DNA from: Bacteroidetes bacterium GWF2_38_335
GTDB taxonomy: Bacteria; Bacteroidota; Bacteroidia; Bacteroidales; GWF2-38-335
NCBI GenBank assembly: GCA_001769535.1
Contig: MEOH01000019.1
Span: 65,787 to 129,786, forward strand
Length of the DNA stretch: 64,000 nucleotides
Reading direction: 5' to 3'
The notes below the pieces were generated by a model. That model was not told where the DNA came from, ran no database searches, and was given only the letters and a program-made list of their open reading frames with translations. Shown piece by piece: positions 1 through 9,580 of the stretch (the stretch's first letter is position 1; every line of letters begins with the position of its first letter). The translations under genes and the position numbers were made by a program.

Positions 1-569
1 GTTGCAGCATTTTTTATGAAACAAATGAATATCAGGGTTTTCATAAAAACGGTAATATTAAATACCATGAAAAAGAAACTAAAACAATACACTATTTAAT
101 AACAGAACGATCTAAATACTATCAAAATGGACAAATGAGAGTTAAGTATAGGGATGGTAATTATATAGAAAAATGGAGGTTGTATGATTCAACTGGTGTT
201 TTGATACAGAAGGTTTTTAGAGTTGACAGAACTTCTGTTTTAAATTTTTTTCACCCAAGAATATTATATGAAGGAAGAGGAAATTTTACCATCGAGAAAA
301 CATATACTAATCATGGAAAATTATTTTTTTCAGTAAAAAGAAAATCTTGGCCCAGTATTTTTGATTTTGGTATTTCGAAGCTTAAATATATTGAAAATGA
401 TACGATTACAGGAAAATTGAAATACAAAATTCATTACAATCCCAAAAATGGTTTCATGAAGAAATATGACACCAACGGATTTGAATCAATTATTATTGAG
501 AGTCTTGATACATTGAAGATCATTGACAGTGTTTTGTATAATCGACTAATTAAAACCCATAACCCATAA
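1..569 (+). CDS. hypothetical protein, 5' end outside window (weak MORN/YwqK-like repeats)
   Basis: Frame 3 is open from nt 3 to TAA 567-569 with no stop upstream of the listed Met at 135, so the gene most likely enters from the left edge. Loosely repeated motifs (QGFHKNGNIKYHE, YYQNGQMRVKYRDGNYIEKWRLYD) resemble MORN/YwqK repeats, but only weakly. The stop codon lies inside a heptamer tract. Confidence 0.5.
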   Translation, partial: CSIFYETNEYQGFHKNGNIKYHEKETKTIHYLITERSKYYQNGQMRVKYRDGNYIEKWRLYDSTGVLIQKVFRVDRTSVLNFFHPRILYEGRGNFTIEKTYTNHGKLFFSVKRKSWPSIFDFGISKLKYIENDTITGKLKYKIHYNPKNGFMKKYDTNGFESIIIESLDTLKIIDSVLYNRLIKTHNP

Positions 570-584
570 CCCATAACCCATAAC
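555..584. repeat. heptanucleotide tract (ACCCATA)x4
   Basis: Read directly: acccataacccataacccataacccataac. It overlaps the last codons and stop of the upstream ORF. Same heptamer family as the tracts at 38252-38291, 38441-38508, 58944-59034 and 59181-59215. Confidence 0.9.
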
Positions 585-758
585 ATCCATCATCATAACA
601 GAGTCTACCCTCCCCCCCAACCCCTCCAAGGAGGGGAGTTGTCACGACCACAGTTGTGTTCATCATCCATCATCATAACAGAGTCTACCCTCCCCCCCAA
701 CCCATCCAAGGAGGGGAGTTGTCACGACCACAGTTGTGTACATCATCCATCATCCATC
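581..758. repeat. 80-bp tandem repeat, about 2.2 copies, each unit with a C-rich/G-rich hairpin
   Basis: catcataacagagtctaccctcccccccaaccc(c/a)tccaaggaggggagttgtcacgaccacagttgtgt starts at 591 and again at 671 (period 80 nt). The third unit is truncated (catcatccatcatccatc). Each unit holds the hairpin cccctcc-aa-ggagggg, and the second copy has one stem mismatch. Confidence 0.9.
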
Positions 759-805
759 AAATTAAACAAAATCCCCATCAATATTGTTTCTTTAAAAAAA
801 AACAG

Positions 806-813
806 TAAATTTG
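806..813 (+). promoter_or_regulatory. candidate Bacteroidota sigma-A -7 box (TAAATTTG)
   Basis: Matches the TAnnTTTG consensus, 40 nt upstream of the ATG at 853. Confidence 0.35.
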
Positions 814-852
814 TACATTATTTAGACTAAATAAAAACAAAATATAAATATA

Positions 853-2148
853 ATGGCTCAGGTTCAGATAATACTTCCTCCTATGGGCGAGGGAATTACA
901 GATGCAACGGTAACCAAACTTCTTGTGAAAAAAGGCGACGTGGTTGAAGCCGATCAGCCCATTCTTGAAATTGCTACCGATAAAGTGGACTCAGAACTGC
1001 CAACTCCTGAAAAAGGACGAATAATCAAAATTCTTGTCAATGAAGGAGAAATCGTAAATATCGGTTCTGTCGTCGCGCTGATTGAAACCGACCTGAATGC
1101 TGCCCTTACTGAACCTGTTGTTGTTGAGCAGATTGTTGAACAAAAATTGCCTGAAAGTAATTTAGTGGTTTCAACTGTTGAAAATACAGCACCACCGGTC
1201 AAATCATCTTCAGGGAAATATCTTTCCCCGCTGGTAAAAAGCATTATAAAAAACGAAAATCTTTCGGATGAAGATATTGAAAAAATTCCGGGATCAGGCG
1301 CCGATGGCAAAATCAACAAAGAAGATGTGGTCAACTATATTAATAAAAAATCACCTCAGCAAACTGTAACCTCACAACCTGAAAAACCCCAAAAAGTTGT
1401 TGCTGCACCTATTACTCCGGTCGCTTTTGACCATGGAAAAAATGTTGAAGTTATTGAAATGGACAGAATGCGCCGGCTCATTGCCGATCATATGGTAATG
1501 TCAAAACATACTGCACCGCACGTTACCTTGTTTGCCGAAGCGGATGTAACTACTTTGGTGAACTGGAGACTAAAAAACAAGGAAAAATACCTGAAGGAAT
1601 ATAATGAAAAACTGACATTTACCCCGATATTTATTGAGGCTATTGTTTTTGCAGTCAAAGATTACCCAATGGTTAATGTATCGGTCGACGGCTATAATAT
1701 TATCAGAAAAAAAACTGTTAATGTGGGTATGGCTACTGTTCTTCCCAATGGAAACCTTATTGTCCCCGTAATTAAAAACGCATGCGAAAAAAGTCTGCGC
1801 GGAATTATCTCTTCTGTAAATGATCTGGCAGGCAGAGCACGTGAAAATAAACTGCAACCCGATGAAATAAAAGGCGGCACAATCACCCTTACAAATCTGG
1901 GTTCTTTTGGTGGACTTACCGGAACGCCTATTATCAATCAGCCCGAATCGGCTATTGTTTCGGTTGGAATTATTAAAAAACGCCCGGTTGTAATTGAAAC
2001 TTCTGCCGGTGATGTTATTGCCGTAAGGCATATGATGTACCTTTCTTTAACTCATGATCACAGAGTTATTGATGGAAATCTTGCCGGTTTGTTCCTTAGC
2101 AAAATTGTGAAATTCCTCGAGAATTTCGACCCCGAACGTAATATTTAA
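853..2148 (+). CDS. 2-oxoacid dehydrogenase E2 component (dihydrolipoamide acyltransferase)
   Basis: N-terminal lipoyl domain with the lipoyl-lysine motif (EIATDKVDSELP). Also a peripheral subunit-binding domain (SPLVKSIIKNENLSDEDIEKIPGSGADGKINKEDV) and a C-terminal catalytic domain with the LSLTHDHRVIDG active-site motif. Confidence 0.9.
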   Translation: MAQVQIILPPMGEGITDATVTKLLVKKGDVVEADQPILEIATDKVDSELPTPEKGRIIKILVNEGEIVNIGSVVALIETDLNAALTEPVVVEQIVEQKLPESNLVVSTVENTAPPVKSSSGKYLSPLVKSIIKNENLSDEDIEKIPGSGADGKINKEDVVNYINKKSPQQTVTSQPEKPQKVVAAPITPVAFDHGKNVEVIEMDRMRRLIADHMVMSKHTAPHVTLFAEADVTTLVNWRLKNKEKYLKEYNEKLTFTPIFIEAIVFAVKDYPMVNVSVDGYNIIRKKTVNVGMATVLPNGNLIVPVIKNACEKSLRGIISSVNDLAGRARENKLQPDEIKGGTITLTNLGSFGGLTGTPIINQPESAIVSVGIIKKRPVVIETSAGDVIAVRHMMYLSLTHDHRVIDGNLAGLFLSKIVKFLENFDPERNI

Positions 2149-2260
2149 CTGATTCTTAAGTATTTTTTCCATATATTTTTTTATATTTCGGGCTTGTTTA
2201 ATACTTAGTCGATAAATTTATAAACCCTTTAGATTAAGTACTTTAAATATTTTACGGACT

Positions 2261-5236
2261 ATGAAAAAATACGCATTTACACTTATCTTATTGCTTTGCG
2301 GCTTTAGTTTTAATCTTTTCTCTCAGGAATCTGACCTTGAAAAATTTGAAGCTGCAGAAACCATGGTTGACAACAGCAATTATGAAGGTGCAGTTGAACT
2401 TTTCAAGGAACTGCTGAAAAAGGAACCCATGAATGCCAACCTGAATTTTAAAGTTGGTTACTGTTACCTTGAGTCGGCATTGCAGAAAGAACTTGCAATT
2501 GGATATCTTGAAATGGCAACTCAGGACATGTCTGATGATTATGACCCAAGTTCATTCAGTGAAAAAAAAGCACCTACCGAAGCGCTGCTTTATCTGGCAA
2601 GGGCATATCATGTTAATTACAGATTCGATGAAGCCATCACTACTTTTACCGAACTGAAAAATAAAATTAATGACAATGGCTCTGATTTAGCAAAGGAAAT
2701 TGACCGCGGAATTCAAATGTCCCAAAATGGCATTGAACTGATCAAAAAGCCGGTTAATATGAATATCACAAATCTGGGAAGCAGTGTCAACAGCCAGTAC
2801 GATGAACACAGTCCGGTTTTCTCAGCCGATGAATCAGTGCTTATATTTACCACTAAAAGAGGTATCAATCCCGAGGATAAAAAATCAGACGATGACCAGT
2901 ATTTCGAAGATATTTTTATTTCCCATAAAACCGGAGATGTATGGGCCAGTCCGACTTCCATTGGCACCAACATCAACTCCGAAGGCCATGAAGCTACTAT
3001 TGGTCTGTCTGTAGATGGTCAGGAACTTTTTATCTACCGCGATGATAAAGGTGATGGAAACATTTATATGAGCCGTCTTGATGGCGATGTATGGAGTGTT
3101 CCCGAAAAACTTCCCGAGCCCGTTAATACCAAATACCGTGAAACACATGCCTCACTGTCTTCTGATGGAACAAAACTGTATTTTACATCCGACAGAAAAG
3201 GCGGTTTTGGCGGATTGGATATCTATGTGATCCGCAGGTTGCCTGATGGAAAATGGGGACAGGCACAAAATCTTGGTCCGAATGTCAATTCCGAATTTGA
3301 TGAAGATGGTCCATACATTCACCCCGATAATGTAACGCTGTTCTTTAGTTCACAGGGACATACCTCAATGGGTGGATTTGATATTTTTTATTCATACAAT
3401 GAAGATAATGGCTGGACTAAAGCCGCAAATATTGGCTATCCAATTAATTCCACTGAAGATGATGTGTTTTATGTTCCAACTCCCGACGGCCAGCGCGCAT
3501 ATTACGCTTCTCATCAGTCGGGCGGAATTGGCAAAAATGACCTTTATCTTATTGAAGTTCCGGGAAGTCAAACCAAACCGCTTACTGTTATGACCGGAAT
3601 TGTTTCTTATTTCGACGGACGTGAACCCGAAAATATTGCAATAACCCTAACCGACCTCGAGTCAAATGAAACAGCAGGGGTTTACACACCAAACTCAAAA
3701 ACCGGTAAATTCCTTTTTATCCTTTCTCCCGAAAAGAAATATAATATTTTTGTTGAGGGTGATGACAACCTGACTTATACCGAAAACCTTTTGGTGCCGG
3801 CTAAAACATCCTATCAGGAAATAAAGAAAGCCATTCAGCTGCAGCAGATTGTATTGGGCGCTCCGAAAAAAATATTCTATATAAATTTCCAGAAAGGCAA
3901 AGCAGATATTGATGAATCCGCCGAAGTAATGATTGCAAATATTGCCGAAATGCTGAAAGACAATCCTGATAAAATCATGAATCTTACATTTGCCGACGGA
4001 ACCAATATTAACCTGAATGATTTAAGGAAAAGGGCAGTGGTTAATGATATTACCTCCAAAGGAATTCAGCAGTCAAGAATTATTGAAGACAATACCGATC
4101 CGGATATTGCCGGCGATCTTATTAATGTGGTTATTGTAGGCGATCCGGCTGATATTCTTGCCTCAAACAATTTAAACAGCGACCAGCAGTTTAAAGTTGA
4201 ATTTGAAAAGGGAAAAGCTGAAATAAAGACCATCAGCATGAAAAGCGTTGATCAGGTAACCGAACTCCTCAAACAAAACCCGGATATGGTAGTTGAGATT
4301 TCAGGAGATAAAATACCTGCTCTTGAAGACCTCAGCGCAAAAAGAAAAATGACATTGACCGGAACCCTCACTAAAAAGGGCATCGATCAGTCAAGGATTA
4401 TTGAGCCGGGTTCGGATAAGGGACAGAATAAAAAGATAATTAAAATCGAAATGATCGGCGATCCTGATGATATTTATCTGATTGCCGATAAAAATTATGC
4501 CTTGAAATTTGATGCAGGAAAAACCGATTTGAATCAAAGTACAAAAGATATCCTTGATAAGGTAGCTGACTTGCTGAAATCAGATCCTTCGATTTACTTT
4601 TCTATCTCATCCGATAAAATTGCCGGATTGGAAAATTTAACCGACCAAAGGAAAAAAGCAGTGATTGATTACCTTGTAAATAAAGGAATTGATAAATCAA
4701 GACTGACCGATAAACCTGATGGCAATAAGAAAATAATAAACCTTGATATCACAGGAACAAATGATGATTTAACAGCGTTGAACAATAACAACAATAATGT
4801 TAGTCACAACGATTCAGATGTTTATCAAAATTCTGCCGGAGATTTTACAGTAAATGAAATCCTCTTTGATTTTGATAAACACATGACAGCCGGTTATACT
4901 GCAGATCTTGATAATCTGGCAAAATACATGCTGGCTAATTCAATGGCTGTCATTGAATTGGATGGTCATGCCGATCAGCAGGGTGATGCCGGTTACAACA
5001 TGCAGTTGTCTTTAAAACGAGCTAATTTTATTAAAGATTATCTGGTGAATAAAGGAGTCAATACTAATAATATTATTACCAAATCTTTTGGGGAAACAAC
5101 ACCCATTTCAATTGACCTGAATCCACAGACCAGAAAATATAACAGGCGCGTTGAAATTAAGATAGTTAAGGAAGGCAACTCCAGACTGATTATTAATAAA
5201 ATTCAAGTTCCTGATAATTACAAAATAAAACATTGA
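2261..5236 (+). CDS. exported TPR + PD40 (TolB-like beta-propeller repeat) + OmpA-family protein
   Basis: Signal peptide, then an N-terminal TPR region (NANLNFKVGYCYL). Repeated PD40-type motifs follow (EHSPVFSADESVLIFTT, ETHASLSSDGTKLYFTSDRKGGFGGLDIY, GPYIHPDNVTLFFSS). There are three degenerate OmpA-like repeats and a canonical OmpA C-terminus (ELDGHADQQGDAGYNMQLSLKRA...NRRVEIKIV). Confidence 0.85.
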   Translation: MKKYAFTLILLLCGFSFNLFSQESDLEKFEAAETMVDNSNYEGAVELFKELLKKEPMNANLNFKVGYCYLESALQKELAIGYLEMATQDMSDDYDPSSFSEKKAPTEALLYLARAYHVNYRFDEAITTFTELKNKINDNGSDLAKEIDRGIQMSQNGIELIKKPVNMNITNLGSSVNSQYDEHSPVFSADESVLIFTTKRGINPEDKKSDDDQYFEDIFISHKTGDVWASPTSIGTNINSEGHEATIGLSVDGQELFIYRDDKGDGNIYMSRLDGDVWSVPEKLPEPVNTKYRETHASLSSDGTKLYFTSDRKGGFGGLDIYVIRRLPDGKWGQAQNLGPNVNSEFDEDGPYIHPDNVTLFFSSQGHTSMGGFDIFYSYNEDNGWTKAANIGYPINSTEDDVFYVPTPDGQRAYYASHQSGGIGKNDLYLIEVPGSQTKPLTVMTGIVSYFDGREPENIAITLTDLESNETAGVYTPNSKTGKFLFILSPEKKYNIFVEGDDNLTYTENLLVPAKTSYQEIKKAIQLQQIVLGAPKKIFYINFQKGKADIDESAEVMIANIAEMLKDNPDKIMNLTFADGTNINLNDLRKRAVVNDITSKGIQQSRIIEDNTDPDIAGDLINVVIVGDPADILASNNLNSDQQFKVEFEKGKAEIKTISMKSVDQVTELLKQNPDMVVEISGDKIPALEDLSAKRKMTLTGTLTKKGIDQSRIIEPGSDKGQNKKIIKIEMIGDPDDIYLIADKNYALKFDAGKTDLNQSTKDILDKVADLLKSDPSIYFSISSDKIAGLENLTDQRKKAVIDYLVNKGIDKSRLTDKPDGNKKIINLDITGTNDDLTALNNNNNNVSHNDSDVYQNSAGDFTVNEILFDFDKHMTAGYTADLDNLAKYMLANSMAVIELDGHADQQGDAGYNMQLSLKRANFIKDYLVNKGVNTNNIITKSFGETTPISIDLNPQTRKYNRRVEIKIVKEGNSRLIINKIQVPDNYKIKH

Positions 5237-5315
5237 TAAACTATTAACAAATGCAGGTTAACAAACGCAAAAATTATTTTATAACCAATTCTTTTTATTT
5301 TCGTTTAAAGTTAGT

Positions 5316-7931
5316 ATGAAAAGAATTTTAAACACATTACTGATTATTTTCATAATTTCCGGAAGTGCTTTTTCGCAGGATGACGAGGAATTGCAAACCC
5401 TTTTCATGGATGCTGAATACTTCTATCTATATGAAAATTTCGATAAAGCGTTGCCTTTGTATTTGCAGATTTATCAAAAAGATCCAAACAATGCCAATGT
5501 TAATTACAGAATTGGCATGTGTTATTTGCATCTCCCGAACGAAAAAGGCCAGAAAACTCTTTCCATTCCTTATCTTGAAAGAGCTTCAAAAGACATTACA
5601 ACAAGCTACAGCGAAGGATCTTACCATGAAAGAAAAGCTCCGGATGAAGCACTTTTTTATCTTGGTAACGGCTATCGCTACGCCCATCAATTCGACAAAG
5701 CCATTGAGATTTATAAACAGTTTATTGAAATGCTTGATGTGGGTGACATTTTTTATATTGAATATGTGGAGCGCGAAATTCAATCATGTTATAATGCCAG
5801 CGAATTGCTCAGACTACCCGTTGAGCTTGATGCCGAAAGCTTCGGGGATCAGATTAACTCACCTGCCCAGATTGAAAACTGCCCCGTTGTTTCACAAGAT
5901 GAAAAAACCATCGTGTTTACTCAGGGTAAAAACAACAACTTTTCTCCTGATATTGACCTCGGTGTGATAAACCATGACTATACCATGGATAACCTGTATT
6001 TTTCCCAAAAAGTTGATGGAAAATGGACAACACCCGTAAATATTACCAAAGATATCAACGCAACAAAAAGAACTGTTCCTGTTACCATTTCGGCTGATGG
6101 TTCTCATCTCTATGTAGTCAGCGATGATAATGATGACGGAAATATTTATGTATGTGAGTTGAAAAAGGGTGAATGGCAGCCCATGAAAAAACTGAATAAA
6201 TACATTAATACAAAGTCATGGGAATCGCATGCATCCATTACCATTGATGGAAAAACACTTTATTTTACCTCCGACAGAAAAGGCGGCTTTGGCGGATTGG
6301 ATATTTACAAATCAATTCTTGATCCTGTTACAGGTGACTGGAGTGCGCCGGTAAACCTCGGACCAACCATTAACACTCCATTTGATGAAGAAACACCTTT
6401 TATCCTGGAAGACGGTAAAACCATGTATTTTAGTTCCCAGGGACATTATTCCATGGGCGGTTTTGATATTTTTCACTCAACCCTTATTGGCGACAATCAA
6501 TGGTCATCTCCGTTGAACATAGGATACCCGATCAATACTGTTGGTAATGACTTGTTTTATTTGCCAAAGTCAAACGGCGAATATGCTTTTTTCCCATTAA
6601 ATAATAATGACAGGGTAAATATAGGAAACAATGATATTTACCGAATTAAAGTATCTCCTCCCGAAACCAATAAAACAGAAATTATTCTGAAAGGTACCGT
6701 TACCACAGCTGATAACCGCAGTGAACTTCCCGAAGATTTTAAAATATTTCTGATTGATTCTTTATCCAAAGATACTCTTGGCAGATTGCTGGCTGATAAA
6801 TACTCTGGACTTTATAATGCAGAAGTTTCATCGGGTAATTTCAGGATTGACTACAGGGGTTCGGGCTACAAGCTTCATGTTGAAAGACTTTTTATCCCGA
6901 AAATCTATACCCGTACCGAAATTGTTATCAATGTTGAACTGATTCCCATTGAGGTCAGTAAAGGTGAATACATTGTTATCAGAAACCTGTTTTATGATTA
7001 CGGAAAATTTGACTTGAAACGTGAGTCGCAGATCGAACTGGAAAAGTTGCTCAAGATCATGCAGCAAAATCCTTCCATTTATGTTGAAATTGTTGGTCAT
7101 ACCGATTCAAAATCAAGCGCAACTTTCAATAAAAAACTTTCTGAACAAAGAGCCAGATCAGCAATTGATTATCTTGTTGAAAAGGGAATCTCAAGCGAGC
7201 GTTTCGTAGCCAAAGCAATGGGCGAAGATGATCCTGTTGCCATTAACGAAAATAACGATGGTTCTGATAATCCCGATGGCCGCTCATTAAACCGCAGGGT
7301 TGAAATTAAGCTGCTCAATGCCGATCCTTCTCTTGTAGTTGTTGAACAGATAGTTGTACCCGATAACTTATTGGTACGCGGAAAACGCGATATGAAATAC
7401 ACCATTCTTATTGCTGAGTCAAAAACTAAACTTGACAACAGCACTTTTACTACTGAAAAAATTATCAGCGGTGATAAGGATAAACTTATGAAACGTCTTG
7501 AAACCAGGACCTATTCAAAAGGATTTATTTATTACGTGGGTGAATATACCGAAAAGTCTGAGGCCATTAAAGACCTGAATAAATTGATTTCTTTTGGTTT
7601 CCCTGAATCCGAAATTATCAGCGAAAATGATCTTAATGTAAGATATCCGGCAGCGCAGCAGGTTGTTCAGAATCAGGTTGACAACTCTACATTCGATTTG
7701 GATAACGACATCTATACAATTCAGATTAAGGCGCTTAAAACTCCTATAAATCTTGCTGAATTTAAAAATCTGAAGAATATTAAAACATACATTGGAAAAG
7801 ACGGTTACTACAGATTTACAGTGGGCGAATACATTGGATACAATGAAGCCAAAAAGGAAATCCAGAAAATTATTGATCTGGGTTATCCCGACGCTTTTGT
7901 GGTAAACGTGAAAAAATATATGAAGAACTGA
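5316..7931 (+). CDS. exported TPR + PD40 + OmpA-family protein with C-terminal SPOR-like repeats (paralog of 2261-5236)
   Basis: Same N-terminal layout as the upstream gene (NANVNYRIGMCYL; ESHASITIDGKTLYFTSDRKGGFGGLDIY). OmpA domain present (EIVGHTDSKSSATFNKKLSEQRA...NRRVEIKLL). The tail has two SPOR-like units (YTILIAESK...; YTIQIKALK...GYYRFTVGEY). Confidence 0.85.
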   Translation: MKRILNTLLIIFIISGSAFSQDDEELQTLFMDAEYFYLYENFDKALPLYLQIYQKDPNNANVNYRIGMCYLHLPNEKGQKTLSIPYLERASKDITTSYSEGSYHERKAPDEALFYLGNGYRYAHQFDKAIEIYKQFIEMLDVGDIFYIEYVEREIQSCYNASELLRLPVELDAESFGDQINSPAQIENCPVVSQDEKTIVFTQGKNNNFSPDIDLGVINHDYTMDNLYFSQKVDGKWTTPVNITKDINATKRTVPVTISADGSHLYVVSDDNDDGNIYVCELKKGEWQPMKKLNKYINTKSWESHASITIDGKTLYFTSDRKGGFGGLDIYKSILDPVTGDWSAPVNLGPTINTPFDEETPFILEDGKTMYFSSQGHYSMGGFDIFHSTLIGDNQWSSPLNIGYPINTVGNDLFYLPKSNGEYAFFPLNNNDRVNIGNNDIYRIKVSPPETNKTEIILKGTVTTADNRSELPEDFKIFLIDSLSKDTLGRLLADKYSGLYNAEVSSGNFRIDYRGSGYKLHVERLFIPKIYTRTEIVINVELIPIEVSKGEYIVIRNLFYDYGKFDLKRESQIELEKLLKIMQQNPSIYVEIVGHTDSKSSATFNKKLSEQRARSAIDYLVEKGISSERFVAKAMGEDDPVAINENNDGSDNPDGRSLNRRVEIKLLNADPSLVVVEQIVVPDNLLVRGKRDMKYTILIAESKTKLDNSTFTTEKIISGDKDKLMKRLETRTYSKGFIYYVGEYTEKSEAIKDLNKLISFGFPESEIISENDLNVRYPAAQQVVQNQVDNSTFDLDNDIYTIQIKALKTPINLAEFKNLKNIKTYIGKDGYYRFTVGEYIGYNEAKKEIQKIIDLGYPDAFVVNVKKYMKN

Positions 7932-7966
7932 AAACAATAAAACTAACTTAAACTGAACAGTTTATT

Positions 7967-9580
7967 ATGAAAAAATGTTTACTGTTTGTCCTCCTGGGAC
8001 TAATTATTAATGCTGGATTCAGTCAAGGTAAATTCAACTTCAAAAAGGAATTTATTAAAGCCGAAAGGGCGATGCAGATTGAGGATTATGAAACTGCTCT
8101 TAAATCTTATCTTACAATTTTCAATAATGATACAGTAAACGCAAATGTAAACTATAAGATTGGTTGGATATATTTTATCAAAATGCACAATCACAAAAAG
8201 GCCCTCAGACATTTTGAAAGTGCTGTTAAAGACGTATCTCCAACGTATCTGCCAAATACCCATAAAGAAAAAAAATCACCTCCTGAATCTTATAACCTAT
8301 TGGCCGAATGTTACCATAAAGAACTGAGATTTCAGGAAGCCATTGAAATGTTTGACCAATATCGCCCTTTTGTTCTCGATAAATTTGAAGTTCTGCAGAA
8401 ACTTGACATTGAGAAAAACTATTCGATAAATGCCATGGCGCTTGTTCAAAATCCCGTAACGATTGAAATTCACTTGCTTTCAAATGCTGTGAATTCCGAA
8501 TTCGACGATCACAGTCCGGTTATCACAGCCGACGAAAGCATGATGGTTTTTACTTCGCGCAGAAAAGGCAGCACCGGAAATATTAAAACCCGCGATGGTA
8601 AGTTCTTCGAAGACATCTATATGTCAAAAATGAAGGATAATGAATGGCAACCAGCTGAAAAAATATCTGTTAACATTAACACTATTGAGCATGAGGCTTC
8701 TATAGCATTGTCATCCGATGGAAGGGAATTGTTTATTTACCGCGACGACATTGGTGTTGGAAATATTTATTCAAGTAAGTATATAGATGAAATCCAGGAT
8801 TGGAGTCGTCCGGTTAAACTGGGTTCCAATATCAGCACTACCAGTAATGAGACACATGCTTCACTTTCACCTGATGGACAAACACTTTATTTTACATCTG
8901 ACCGTGATGGTGGAAAAGGTGGGTTTGATATTTATAGAGTCAGACGACTTCCAAACGGTGAATGGGGATGGGCCGAAAATTGCGGCGACATCATCAATAC
9001 TCCCTATGATGAAACCGGTCCGTACATGCACCAGGACGGAACAACCCTGTATTTTAGTTCCAAAGGCCATAACTCAATGGGCGGCTTCGATCTGTTTTCT
9101 TCTTCATTGAAGGATGACAGCACTTTTACCGAGCCCAAAAACCTTGGCTATCCAATCAACACCATTAATGATGATGCTTTTTATGTGCTTTCAGCAGATG
9201 GCAAAAGAGCTTACTATTCCAAAGAAGAAAAAGGCGGTTATGGTGGTCAGGATGTTTATATGATGGACCTTCTTTCATTGCCCGAAAGATCATTCGTTGT
9301 GATCAGCGGAACAATTCAGAAAGAAAGCAGCAATGAGATAGTCCAGGACCTCACCATTGAAGTAAAAGATGCCGAAACGATGAAAGTAATAGGAAAATAC
9401 CGTCCGAACAAAAACAACGGCAGCTATCTGATCGTGGTTGAGAGGGGCAAAAAATACCTGGTTAGCCCTGTTGACAGCGAGGTGGAATTTGTTAAAAATG
9501 TATTTTCTGTACCAAGGGAATCGTCATTCTTTTACTCCAAACAAACTCTTCCGATTAATCCCATCGGGGTTATTAAATAA
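7967..9580 (+). CDS. exported TPR + PD40 repeat protein (third paralog, no OmpA domain)
   Basis: NANVNYKIGWIYF TPR start, then DHSPVITADESMMVFTS and ETHASLSPDGQTLYFTSDRDGGKGGFDIY. It ends after the propeller plus a beta-sandwich-like region without any OmpA motif. Confidence 0.8.
   Translation: MKKCLLFVLLGLIINAGFSQGKFNFKKEFIKAERAMQIEDYETALKSYLTIFNNDTVNANVNYKIGWIYFIKMHNHKKALRHFESAVKDVSPTYLPNTHKEKKSPPESYNLLAECYHKELRFQEAIEMFDQYRPFVLDKFEVLQKLDIEKNYSINAMALVQNPVTIEIHLLSNAVNSEFDDHSPVITADESMMVFTSRRKGSTGNIKTRDGKFFEDIYMSKMKDNEWQPAEKISVNINTIEHEASIALSSDGRELFIYRDDIGVGNIYSSKYIDEIQDWSRPVKLGSNISTTSNETHASLSPDGQTLYFTSDRDGGKGGFDIYRVRRLPNGEWGWAENCGDIINTPYDETGPYMHQDGTTLYFSSKGHNSMGGFDLFSSSLKDDSTFTEPKNLGYPINTINDDAFYVLSADGKRAYYSKEEKGGYGGQDVYMMDLLSLPERSFVVISGTIQKESSNEIVQDLTIEVKDAETMKVIGKYRPNKNNGSYLIVVERGKKYLVSPVDSEVEFVKNVFSVPRESSFFYSKQTLPINPIGVIK

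Noticed and set aside
639-830. 63-aa ORF in the ORF track
   Set aside because: It lies entirely inside the 80-bp tandem repeat. Its sequence simply repeats (SSIIITESTLPPNPSKEGSCHDHSCV twice) and it has no start context, so it is an artefact of translating a repeat.
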